From positions 1-43,724 of the forward strand of contig CAZHVK010000010.1 in NCBI GenBank assembly GCA_964535955.1: a stretch of 43,724 nt of DNA. Reading direction: 5' to 3'. Below are positions 1-8,355 of the stretch, piece by piece. The notes beneath the pieces were generated by a model. That model worked only from the letters and a program-made list of their open reading frames with translations. It had not been told where the DNA came from and did not search any database. Made by a program: the position numbers and the translations under genes. The DNA is from an uncultured Methanosarcinales archaeon. Its GTDB lineage: Archaea > Nanobdellota > Nanobdellia > Woesearchaeales > CAXGTL01. Position 1 is the stretch's first letter, and each line of letters opens with the position of its first letter.

Positions 1-1
1 T

Positions 2-58
2 GATTTGGTCAAGGAATGTATGAGTTATTTGGATATAGAAAAAGAAGAAAAAAAATAA
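2..58 (+). CDS. 3' end of an unknown CDS entering from the left edge (partial)
   Basis: Open frame DLVKECMSYLDIEKEEKK* ends with TAA at 56-58 and converges on the minus-strand operon. Too short to identify. Confidence 0.4.
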   Translation, partial: DLVKECMSYLDIEKEEKK

Positions 59-71
59 AAAAAGAAAATTA

Positions 72-491
72 TTATTCTAATGAGTCTAAAAACTTGTCTT
101 TGTAAGCACTCATTTCTTTTCTTGTTATGTATTTGTCGCCATCTGTGTCAACTTCTTTACAAACTTGGTCCATTGCTTCTGGATGCCAAGCTTCACTATA
201 AGTTCCTTGGATGTTATAACCATTGGGTGTTTTTTCAAGTTTTGCTGTACCTGCTTTAACACCTGCAAATAGTCTTAGATCCATTTGTGTGCTTTCTGTT
301 GTCTTGTATCCATTTCTTAGGAATCTTATGTTTTCATAATTATTTGTTCCTAGTTTTTCTGCTGCTTGTTGCCAAGCATCTTTGTGTGTTCTGACAACTG
401 CTGCTCTTGGTGAATTTCTTGCACAGCCTGTTAAAAATGGTGCTGCAATTAATCCAAATGTTAAAGCTAATGCTCTTGTTATTTTTTTCAT
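72..491 (-). CDS. Putative lipoprotein with a single EF-hand-like Ca2+-binding loop
   Basis: Basic N-terminus, hydrophobic stretch and lipobox-like LTGC. The 12-residue loop DTDGDKYITRKE fits the EF-hand pattern. SD GGTGA upstream. Confidence 0.7.
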   Translation of the reverse strand: MKKITRALALTFGLIAAPFLTGCARNSPRAAVVRTHKDAWQQAAEKLGTNNYENIRFLRNGYKTTESTQMDLRLFAGVKAGTAKLEKTPNGYNIQGTYSEAWHPEAMDQVCKEVDTDGDKYITRKEMSAYKDKFLDSLE

Positions 492-503
492 TTTTTATCA
501 CCT

Positions 504-983
504 TTATTTGTTTGTTGAATCTAATTGATTTGAATATCTTTGGAAAGCTATGTCCCAAGCAATATTTTCACTAAACGCATTACTATAATGTTCATTTTTG
601 TAATCAACTAATTTTACAGGATCAATTCCTTGTTGAAAAGCTTTTACAACTATGTTTGGTGAAGCTCCTGCTTCTGCTAATATGTATCCATAACCAAATG
701 GAATGCTATGTTTTTCCATTACTTTTGTGTATTTTCTGCTTAATGAATATTCATAAGTCCCCATAACATATTGTTTGCCGCTTTTATTGCTCCAATCTTG
801 GACCCTGTTATACGAACATCTTGCAAGATTAGTCATTAGATAAATAGTCATTATTCCTGCAAAAGCTACTGGTATACCAACTAAAGGTCCATATCTTTGT
901 TCAGAACGATCTATAGCTTGTATTACTTTTTTTGTTTTTTTATAAAATTCTGAGTTTGTTATTTTTTCTAAGTTTGGTTTCAT
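504..983 (-). CDS. Hypothetical single-pass membrane protein
   Basis: 159 aa ORF with hydrophobic segment PLVGIPVAFAGIMTIYLM, tightly packed in the operon. Confidence 0.7.
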   Translation of the reverse strand: MKPNLEKITNSEFYKKTKKVIQAIDRSEQRYGPLVGIPVAFAGIMTIYLMTNLARCSYNRVQDWSNKSGKQYVMGTYEYSLSRKYTKVMEKHSIPFGYGYILAEAGASPNIVVKAFQQGIDPVKLVDYKNEHYSNAFSENIAWDIAFQRYSNQLDSTNK

Positions 984-998
984 TGTTTCTCATTTCCT

Positions 999-1472
999 CT
1001 AGTAATCTATACACTGTATTGACAGATCTTCTAAACCATTATCAAATCTAGATAATAAACGTCTGTAATCAGATAATTCTCTTTTTACTTGTCTAAACTC
1101 TTGTTCTGTTATCTGTTCATTGTTTTCTATTTTTGCAATGTATTCCATCAATATTTTATTTTGATTAAGTGCTGATAATCTTTGTTCATAATCATCTATT
1201 CCAACATAATCAAAATTATTTTTTACTGCACTGATATTATCTGTTATACATGTTACAAAATCATCTAATGTTTTCTTAAGATGATGTTCTTGTCCTTTTT
1301 GTTTTTGATTTTCATTTATCATTCTTGCATATTCTACTGCTCCTTCAAATTCAAGTTCATAATTAACAAATTGTTCAGCTAGTAAATCAAATAAATCATA
1401 TACAAGAACCATTGATAAATTAAGATTCTTGAATCCTGAGTATTTTTGTTTATTTATTTGTGGTTTTGCCAT
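999..1472 (-). CDS. Hypothetical helical protein
   Basis: 157 aa ORF, SD AGGTGA upstream, operonic spacing. Confidence 0.7.
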   Translation of the reverse strand: MAKPQINKQKYSGFKNLNLSMVLVYDLFDLLAEQFVNYELEFEGAVEYARMINENQKQKGQEHHLKKTLDDFVTCITDNISAVKNNFDYVGIDDYEQRLSALNQNKILMEYIAKIENNEQITEQEFRQVKRELSDYRRLLSRFDNGLEDLSIQCIDY

Positions 1473-1482
1473 ATTTTTTCAC

Positions 1483-1665
1483 CTATTTCATGTAAACTTT
1501 CCCATTCCTTACTTCTAGATCAACATCTTTGTCTTTTGGGATCCTAACAATGTCATAGTTTTTTCCTTTGACAACGTCATCTATCTTTGAGATTTCTTGT
1601 TGTTGTTCTTTGACTGCTCTTAGTTTGTCTAAGATACTTTGGAATGGTTTTTCTCCGTTTTTCAT
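1483..1665 (-). CDS. Small hypothetical protein
   Basis: 60 aa ORF with SD GAGGT upstream; its stop overlaps the SD of the next gene. Confidence 0.65.
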   Translation of the reverse strand: MKNGEKPFQSILDKLRAVKEQQQEISKIDDVVKGKNYDIVRIPKDKDVDLEVRNGKVYMK

Positions 1666-1711
1666 TTTGTTTTTACCTCACATATAATAAAAATAAAAAA
1701 AAATAAAAAAT

Positions 1712-2077
1712 CTAGATATAATCATTAGGTATCAGGGTAAAAGGTCCTAGATCCAGTTTTACTTTTTTTCTTTCAACATCTTTACTAACAATAGTACCTA
1801 AATGTTGTTTTTGCTCATCTTCTGACAGTAAGGATGCAATATCTTTTCCAAAAACATCTATTAATTTGTTATATGTTCCAGAATTCTTACTATAATGAGA
1901 TCCTTCCTCATATAGTGCATCAACAACTGCGCCTTGATGAAAGCAAATCCAACCTGAAAATTCTCCTTTTTCAAATTCCATTGTTACATCAGATGGAATT
2001 CCGTTTCTACCTCCACCTTTATACAGAGCTATTTTGAATCCATCTTCTGATTCTTTTTCAAGTATTGTTTCGTACAT
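1712..2077 (-). CDS. Hypothetical protein
   Basis: 121 aa ORF with strong SD GGAGGTGA. Confidence 0.75.
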   Translation of the reverse strand: MYETILEKESEDGFKIALYKGGGRNGIPSDVTMEFEKGEFSGWICFHQGAVVDALYEEGSHYSKNSGTYNKLIDVFGKDIASLLSEDEQKQHLGTIVSKDVERKKVKLDLGPFTLIPNDYI

Positions 2078-2092
2078 TTTATTTCACCTCCT

Positions 2093-3040
2093 CTAAGTTA
2101 AATTATATTCAATTGGTCTTTGTTCTAAGATTGATTTATAGTCTTTAGGAACATTTCCAAATCTTAACTGTTTCATCATTCCTTGTACTCTTTTATCAAC
2201 AACTGCATCAATGTTAACTTTTTTAGGATTTATTTTTCCTTTATTAACTTTTTTTTGCATGTCTTGTTTGTAAAGAAATTCTAAACCTTGTTCAACTCCT
2301 GGTTTAAAGTCTTCACTAATGTAAATTGTTCCTTGTTTAACATATTGTTCAAGTTCTTTAACAGTTCCTCTTACATGCTTTACTCTAAAAGCCTCACCAA
2401 GTAAGTAATCTATCATTTCAATTGGATTTTTAAATTCTTGACCATATAATTTTACTGGTTTTTCTTCTGGATGTCCATTGCATGCTAAAAGGTCTGCTTT
2501 TGAATGAATTAAAATTTCTATGTATTTATCACCTAATTTTTTTCTAGCTTTTTCAAAAGTCTTTTCAGGTTTATCAGCATTAGCTAAACTATTGTATAAG
2601 TTAAGAATGTTCATGTGTTTAGTAACAACATCTGAAACATAAGCCATCTCTTTTTCATTCAGACCATATTTACTAAGAATATCATTAACTTTCTCAGCTC
2701 CAACCTTTGCATGTTTTAAACAATTTGTTTTACCATCTTCTTTAACAGCTAATGTTTCTGGTTTACCAATATCATGTAAACTTGATGCAATAAATAATAA
2801 TGCTGCTTTATTAAAATTACCAACATTTTCATCAAGATAAGACTCAAAACAAGGATTATTTTTTGTAAGTTCTTTAACTAACACTGCTACATGCCCAAAT
2901 ACTTGAGCTGTGTGATCATACACACTTTGCTTTACATGGTAGTCATTGTCTTCAACTGTATTTTTCAAATTCTTTATTTCTGGTAATTTTTTTATTTCTT
3001 CAATAATGCATAATGCATCAACCATTTTGTCTAAATTCAT
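2093..3040 (-). CDS. HD-domain phosphohydrolase (resembles the HD module of multifunctional CCA-adding enzymes)
   Basis: Motifs DYH...VYDHT, LHDIGK, KHAKVGA, KHM and SKAD. SD GGAGG. No nucleotidyltransferase domain seen. Confidence 0.8.
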   Translation of the reverse strand: MNLDKMVDALCIIEEIKKLPEIKNLKNTVEDNDYHVKQSVYDHTAQVFGHVAVLVKELTKNNPCFESYLDENVGNFNKAALLFIASSLHDIGKPETLAVKEDGKTNCLKHAKVGAEKVNDILSKYGLNEKEMAYVSDVVTKHMNILNLYNSLANADKPEKTFEKARKKLGDKYIEILIHSKADLLACNGHPEEKPVKLYGQEFKNPIEMIDYLLGEAFRVKHVRGTVKELEQYVKQGTIYISEDFKPGVEQGLEFLYKQDMQKKVNKGKINPKKVNIDAVVDKRVQGMMKQLRFGNVPKDYKSILEQRPIEYNLT

Positions 3041-3058
3041 TTTGTTTTTCCTCCAATT

Positions 3059-3478
3059 TTATAATATTAAATCTTCCAATGTTTTGTATTTACCATTTCC
3101 ACATGGAAATACAGTTTTTCTTCTAATTCCTTGTTCACCTTGTTCAAAGAATCCAGAAATTTTGTCCATCATTTCTCTTGAATCAATTGTTACGCTTGAA
3201 AGCAGATATGATTTTAATCTTTTAGCAAACCTTTTTTTCAAAGTTCTTGCTGAAGTATAGCTATTGTAAGGAGCTCTACTAACTATAATACCACTATTAT
3301 CAAAATATAATGTACTATGATCTTTTAGAAACTCAGGCGGTATGTATTCACCATCTTTTTTAGTTCCTGCTTCTAAAGTCAATGAAACTGGCGTGTTTGT
3401 TGTATTGTTTTCCTTAACTTCATATTTTAACCAATCTCCTTGTCCTAGGTAGATTGTTCCGTTTGTTAGTCCTTTCAT
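3059..3478 (-). CDS. Hypothetical protein, first gene of the minus-strand operon
   Basis: 139 aa ORF, SD AGGTGA, TATA-like TTTATATA on the minus strand at 3537-3544. Confidence 0.7.
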   Translation of the reverse strand: MKGLTNGTIYLGQGDWLKYEVKENNTTNTPVSLTLEAGTKKDGEYIPPEFLKDHSTLYFDNSGIIVSRAPYNSYTSARTLKKRFAKRLKSYLLSSVTIDSREMMDKISGFFEQGEQGIRRKTVFPCGNGKYKTLEDLIL

Positions 3479-3610
3479 TTTGTTTTCACCTTATTTTTAT
3501 ATTTTTTTACTACTAATATATAGGTACATAATTAAATATATAAATTGTTTTAGAGAATTTTAGTCCTTTTTAGGAAAAATTTATATAGTAATTCGACATT
3601 CAGTCAAAAT

Positions 3611-4585
3611 ATGACAAAAGAATTAGACAAAAAAGATTGGTTGATTTTAGACAAATTATGCGAGAATTCTCGTTTAAGTCATAATCAGATTGCAAAAGCT
3701 GTTGGTTTGAGTAAGAATGCTGTTGTTTATAGGATTGAAAGACTAAAGAAAAGAGGAGTGATTACTGGTTTTTTTACTGTTATAGATTATGAAGTGTTTG
3801 GTTATAGTTTTTATGAAGTATTGTTAAAAATACATGCTAATGATAAACAAGAAAAAGAGATTATAGAATGGCTTAAGAATCATGAGAATTTACTTGTTTT
3901 GGATAGAGTTCTTGGAGAGTGGAATTTTATAATGGAATTTGGTTGTAAAAATATTCATCAATTTTTTAAGATCATAAATGAATTTGAAGAAAAGTTTTCA
4001 GAGATTATTGATGTGTATGAAGTTCATCCTATTCTAAAAATTTATAATTTTGATGAACAATTGCCAATTGAATTAGTTAAAGAAACCAAATTAGAAGAAT
4101 CACATATTCATAAAGGTAATATTGAAATTGATGACACTGATAAAGAACTATTATTTGAATTAAACAAAGATTCAACCCAACCTTTGTATGTGTTAGGTGA
4201 TAAGTTGGGTCTAACATCTGAAACAATATCTTCAAGGATTAAAAAGTTAAAAGAAAAAGGAGTTATTATTAGATTTACTTCTAAGATTTCATTAAGAGGT
4301 ATTGGTTATGATTCTTATCTTGTTTTGTTGGACCTTCGTAAGTTGTCAAAAGAAAAAGAAGAAAGTTTTAGAGCTTATCTTAAGATGGATAAAAAGATAA
4401 GGTATGCATTTATGAGTGCTGTCATGCCAAAAGTATTTATCTATATTGCTGTCAAAGAGATTGAAGAACTGGATTTGTTCTTGAATAATATTAAGCATAA
4501 GTTTTCTGATATAATTGTTAATCAGAATTATTTGTTCTCTAAAGAACAGTTGAAGTATGAATTGTTTACAGAGGGGTTATTGTAA
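3611..4585 (+). CDS. Tandem (double) Lrp/AsnC-family transcriptional regulator
   Basis: Two AsnC HTH modules (LDKKDWLILDKLCENSRLS...RIERLKKRGVI and IDDTDKELLFEL...RIKKLKEKGVI), each followed by a RAM-like domain. Confidence 0.9.
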   Translation: MTKELDKKDWLILDKLCENSRLSHNQIAKAVGLSKNAVVYRIERLKKRGVITGFFTVIDYEVFGYSFYEVLLKIHANDKQEKEIIEWLKNHENLLVLDRVLGEWNFIMEFGCKNIHQFFKIINEFEEKFSEIIDVYEVHPILKIYNFDEQLPIELVKETKLEESHIHKGNIEIDDTDKELLFELNKDSTQPLYVLGDKLGLTSETISSRIKKLKEKGVIIRFTSKISLRGIGYDSYLVLLDLRKLSKEKEESFRAYLKMDKKIRYAFMSAVMPKVFIYIAVKEIEELDLFLNNIKHKFSDIIVNQNYLFSKEQLKYELFTEGLL

Positions 4586-5131
4586 TTTATAATCTTTTTT
4601 CAGAAGGCCATAACGCAACACATCTTGCCATTTTTTATGTCTGTATTGGTGTTCTTTGAATGTGCCTTCTAATTTGAATCCTGTTTTTTCTAGAACTTTT
4701 TTTGAGCCTATGTTTTTGTCAAAAAGTTTTGCATATATTCTGTGGAGTTTTAACTGGTTGAATCCAAAGTCTAGTATAAGTTTTACAGCTTGTGTTACAT
4801 AACCTTTGCCCCAATGTTTTTTTCCTAACCAATAACCTAGTTCTGCATTATTGTTTTTCATGTCAACACTTAACAAACTTACTATTCCAATTAATTTGTC
4901 TGATTCTTTTAACACAATAGCTAGTTCATATGCTTTGTTTTTTTTAATATTAGAGAATGATGATCTTATGAATTTTTGTGCACCGTCTTTTGGATATGGA
5001 TGAGGTATTGCTTGAGTGTATTTGACTACTTCTTTGTGCTTGACATTATCATAAAGGTTTTGAGCATCTGATAGTCTCATCTTTCTTACATTGATTGTTT
5101 CTCCTTTCAAAAGTATTTCTAGTTTCTTCAT
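4577..5131 (-). CDS. RimJ/RimL-type GNAT N-acetyltransferase
   Basis: Motifs AELGYWLGKKHWGKGYVTQA and NIGSKKVLEKTGFKLEG. Start reset to ATG 5131 (MKKLEIL) because the track's longer N-terminus reads through a tRNA gene. Confidence 0.9.
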   Translation of the reverse strand: MKKLEILLKGETINVRKMRLSDAQNLYDNVKHKEVVKYTQAIPHPYPKDGAQKFIRSSFSNIKKNKAYELAIVLKESDKLIGIVSLLSVDMKNNNAELGYWLGKKHWGKGYVTQAVKLILDFGFNQLKLHRIYAKLFDKNIGSKKVLEKTGFKLEGTFKEHQYRHKKWQDVLRYGLLKKDYKLQ

Positions 5132-5144
5132 TGTGAAAAGAATA

Positions 5145-5267
5145 TGCGCCGGCCGGGATTCGAATTTCTGAAGCCAGACCATTGTTCTGACTTTCCCAGA
5201 TAAGCGGCTTGGAAGGCCGCTGTTTGCTAGACCCATTAAGGTCACATAGCCATTAGACCACCGGCGC
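5145..5267 (-). tRNA. tRNA-Gly(TCC) with two BHB introns (21 nt at position 23/24; 30 nt at position 53/54)
   Basis: Removing 5224-5244 and 5165-5194 gives a 72-nt cloverleaf: GCGCCGG TG GTCT AATGGCTA TGAC A GCGGC CTTCCAA GCCGC TTAT CTGGG TTCGAAT CCCGG CCGGCGC A. Anticodon at 5211-5213. Each junction forms a 4-bp helix with two 3-nt bulges. Confidence 0.95.
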
Positions 5268-5336
5268 ATGGTATAATTGTGTGGCTGAAGCGAAGCGGAA
5301 TGCCGCACTTCAGGTTGATAAGGATGAAGTCCTTAT

Positions 5337-5357
5337 TAGCCATTAGACCACTGGCGC
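5337..5357 (-). repeat. Duplicated 5' fragment (nt 1-21) of tRNA-Gly
   Basis: GCGCCAGTGGTCTAATGGCTA matches the tRNA 5' end at 20 of 21 positions, 90 bp upstream. TTTATAAA (minus strand, ~5384-5391) lies ~26 bp upstream of this copy. Confidence 0.85.
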
Positions 5358-5467
5358 ATTACAATAATGATATTAAGAAGGAATTTATAAAGCTAACTGT
5401 TAAAAAATAGAGAGAATTACTTTCAATATAGCAACATATAAATATAAGTTTAGGTTTTTAGTTAAAT

Positions 5468-5800
5468 ATGGCAGAGCGTGGTAGACCTATTGGTTCTCAA
5501 ATAAGAAAGAATATTGTTGAAATATTGTATTTTTTAGGTGAAGGTTATGCTTATGATATTTATAAGATATATAAACAAATATTTCCTTCTGTAACAATGA
5601 GAAGTGTTTATTATCATCTTAAGAAAGGTGTTAGTTTAGGTGAGATCAAAGTTAGTAAGATTGCTAAAGAAAAAGGTGAATTTTCTTGGGGCTCTGTTGT
5701 TGAAAAAACTTATTATGCATTAGGTGAACAAGCTAATCCTTCTGGTTTGGAAAGAGTTAGGGATATGTTGCAGGAGATTAAGGGTAATAGGGAAAATTAA
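5468..5800 (+). CDS. Small winged-helix-like protein
   Basis: 110 aa with a helix-turn-helix-like segment (YAYDIYKIY...TMRSVYYHLKKG) followed by a beta-hairpin. TATA ~27 bp upstream suggests a leaderless mRNA. Confidence 0.75.
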   Translation: MAERGRPIGSQIRKNIVEILYFLGEGYAYDIYKIYKQIFPSVTMRSVYYHLKKGVSLGEIKVSKIAKEKGEFSWGSVVEKTYYALGEQANPSGLERVRDMLQEIKGNREN

Positions 5801-5861
5801 AAAATTACCAAAATCTTTATAAATAAATAAATACTCTAACATATAAAAAGAATTCTGATAG

Positions 5862-7358
5862 ATGGAGATAATACAAATGACTTTAGAAGATAAAGTATCA
5901 TTTAGAAATACATTATTAGGTTATAAAACAGAAGAAGAATGGAAGAGTTATAGACCTTGTGCTAATAAAGGTAAAGGATTTTATAGATTTGAATTAATAT
6001 TTGAAGGGGAAAGAATTACAGGCAAAAAACTTATTAAAAAATATTCTCAAATCTTTCCTTCTGACAAAAACTATTCACATAGAGCTGAACTTAATAGGAT
6101 GTTGTCTGAATGTAATGTTCCTCAATTTTCTTTTTCAGATACTGATATTTTAAAAGGATTTCTATTGTCAGCAAAAACAGAATTATATTGGAAGAATGAA
6201 GGTTTACCTTCAAATGTAAAGTTTAAACAAATGGATTTTCAATATTATGGTTTTAAAATAAAAGGGAAAATGTTAGCAAATAATGTGTTTGTTGAATTGG
6301 AAAACAAAAATAATGGGACTTATTATGCATTTGCAGATTATCAACAAGACCCTATTTTAAGTAAGAAATTAACTAAAGCAAATTGCAAAGAATTTTATGA
6401 AAAATTATTTGAAATTGCTGGAATAAAAATTAGTAAATCAATCTCTAGGAAAAGTATTTCAAAAGAATTGTTAAGGAGATTTTTACTTAATACTATGAGT
6501 GAGGAAGAATGGGCAAAAGGGCTAAAAAATTATGATAATTTTGAAAATATGAAATTTAAATTAGAAGGGCATCAACAGGTTACAGGAAGGATATTAAGAA
6601 AAGCATATGAAAGAACTAAAGGTAAAACATTATCATTAGATGAAATGTTCCAAGATGTTGGTATTTCTTACAACGCAAAAGATTTAAGGAAAATACAAAA
6701 TAGAACTGATTTTCAATCAGAAATGAAAAATATATTTACAAATCCTAATTCTTTAAGAAAATCATTTTTAGAAATTATGACTGAAGAAGAATGGAGAAAA
6801 CCAAAGGAATTTAGTGCAATAAGGTATAAAAAAATCAACATAAATGGCAAAGAAATAAATTTACATACACTTATGTATAATTATAGTTTATATAAACATA
6901 ATCTTCAACAAAACAAAGTTGAAGATTTTTTAAATATGAATGATATGAGAAAAAATTGTAACAAAAAACTAAAGGGTCCAAGTTCAGGAAAAATTTTAAA
7001 TGAAATTCTTGATATAGCGGGAATACAAAATAGATGGTTTGCGACTTTTGAAGATATTAATTTGAAAGATTCTAAATTTCTTAGAAGAGCTTTTTTAAAT
7101 ATAGAATATCAAGGAGTCTCCATTTCAATAGAAGACTTTAAAAAATTAAGTTGGCCTGAAAAAAGAAGAGCCAGAGTAAAAGATAATGAAATTGGGTTTG
7201 ATAAGTCTGTTCATTCATTCATATTACATTTTTCAGCATATGATTTTTGGAAAAAACATAAGGACAAATATTCTTTTATTTATGTTGTAAATGACTTAAA
7301 AAAAGGAAAATCTAGAAAAAAAGTATTAAATGAAATATTAGACCTAGCTGGTTTGTAA
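5862..7358 (+). CDS. Hypothetical protein built of ~5 divergent repeats
   Basis: Recurring (L/F)RxxxL...(T/S)EEEW starts and ExLDxAG(I/L)-like ends. TTTATAAA promoter at 5816-5823. Confidence 0.8.
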   Translation: MEIIQMTLEDKVSFRNTLLGYKTEEEWKSYRPCANKGKGFYRFELIFEGERITGKKLIKKYSQIFPSDKNYSHRAELNRMLSECNVPQFSFSDTDILKGFLLSAKTELYWKNEGLPSNVKFKQMDFQYYGFKIKGKMLANNVFVELENKNNGTYYAFADYQQDPILSKKLTKANCKEFYEKLFEIAGIKISKSISRKSISKELLRRFLLNTMSEEEWAKGLKNYDNFENMKFKLEGHQQVTGRILRKAYERTKGKTLSLDEMFQDVGISYNAKDLRKIQNRTDFQSEMKNIFTNPNSLRKSFLEIMTEEEWRKPKEFSAIRYKKININGKEINLHTLMYNYSLYKHNLQQNKVEDFLNMNDMRKNCNKKLKGPSSGKILNEILDIAGIQNRWFATFEDINLKDSKFLRRAFLNIEYQGVSISIEDFKKLSWPEKRRARVKDNEIGFDKSVHSFILHFSAYDFWKKHKDKYSFIYVVNDLKKGKSRKKVLNEILDLAGL

Positions 7359-7363
7359 AATCC

Positions 7364-7702
7364 TTAACAAGTATTATGCAACAACGCACAAACATTCTTT
7401 TTTCGTTTTATGAGTTTGTTATATTCTAGACATGCTTCTGCTGTTTTTTTTATAATTAATTCTATTCCTTTGCCCTCTATCAGACCAATTATGTCATCTG
7501 GAACATTAACAACACCTGACTGACCAGTGCCAATGATGATGATGTCTGGCTTTGCTTCAATCAAATCATCAAAATCTGATTTCTTGATAATGTGACCATC
7601 AAAGTGTCTGCATGGTTTTGCAACATCATCTATTAGTTTGATGTTTGAATTAAATGTGTGCCCATGGATTACAAAGTTTCCGAATGAGTAATGGTCGATC
7701 AT
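7364..7702 (-). CDS. Mth938-like (DUF498) domain protein
   Basis: IDHYSFG, PDIIIIGTGQSG, TAEACLEYN and C-terminal LHNTC are typical of the family. Confidence 0.9.
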   Translation of the reverse strand: MIDHYSFGNFVIHGHTFNSNIKLIDDVAKPCRHFDGHIIKKSDFDDLIEAKPDIIIIGTGQSGVVNVPDDIIGLIEGKGIELIIKKTAEACLEYNKLIKRKKNVCALLHNTC

Positions 7703-8172
7703 GGCCTGTACACCATTTCTTTTAGATATTCTTTAAAACCAGATTTTTTATAAGCATTTACTGCGATAGCATTGTTTTCATAGACTTGTAATCTTATATC
7801 TTTTATTTTATTTTTCTTTAACCATTTTAATAATTGTTTTAAGATTTGTTTACCAATGCCTTTTCCTCTGTATTTTTTTTTGACAAACATCATACCAACT
7901 GAACCTTTGTACTTATATTTAGACCAATCTGCATAACTTTTTTTGATTTGTGCAAAACCACAACCAATTGGTTCTCTATCTAGTTCTGCAATAAGAATTA
8001 ATCCATGTTTTGATCTAATCAACGATCTGAACTCTTTCAAATGATAATATCTAACCCTCCCTTTTCTTTTGATTGTTGGATCTAAAGGTCTTTCATGTAT
8101 TGCTATTCCTTGCTGAAATTCATCTATTGTTTTTATGTCAGAAAGTTTTGCTTTTCTTAGTTTTATGTTCAT
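7699..8172 (-). CDS. GNAT N-acetyltransferase
   Basis: Acetyl-CoA motif VKKKYRGKGIG and NAIAVNAYKKSGF. ATGA overlap with the next gene. Confidence 0.9.
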   Translation of the reverse strand: MNIKLRKAKLSDIKTIDEFQQGIAIHERPLDPTIKRKGRVRYYHLKEFRSLIRSKHGLILIAELDREPIGCGFAQIKKSYADWSKYKYKGSVGMMFVKKKYRGKGIGKQILKQLLKWLKKNKIKDIRLQVYENNAIAVNAYKKSGFKEYLKEMVYRP

Positions 8173-8254
8173 GTTATTGTTTTTGACATTGCTATATATA
8201 AATCTTATTATGATGTTTAATGCTTCTTTTCATCACCAATTAGTGATTAAAAAT

Positions 8255-8269
8255 GGAAACATTTATAAA
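8255..8269 (+). promoter_or_regulatory. BRE/TATA promoter of the AAA+/VWA operon
   Basis: GGAAAA-like purine run GGAAAC followed by ATTTATAAA; SD GGAGTGA at 8343-8349. Confidence 0.55.
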
Positions 8270-8355
8270 GGATTATGTACTTCCCATATATATTAGTTAT
8301 ATAGTAAAAAGAGGTTTCTTAGGTGTTTTAATACAAAATATAGGAGTGATATAAA

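Noticed and set aside
5132..5308. 59-aa N-terminal extension of the GNAT ORF in the track
   Set aside because: It reads through the tRNA-Gly gene; the GNAT domain begins at ATG 5131.
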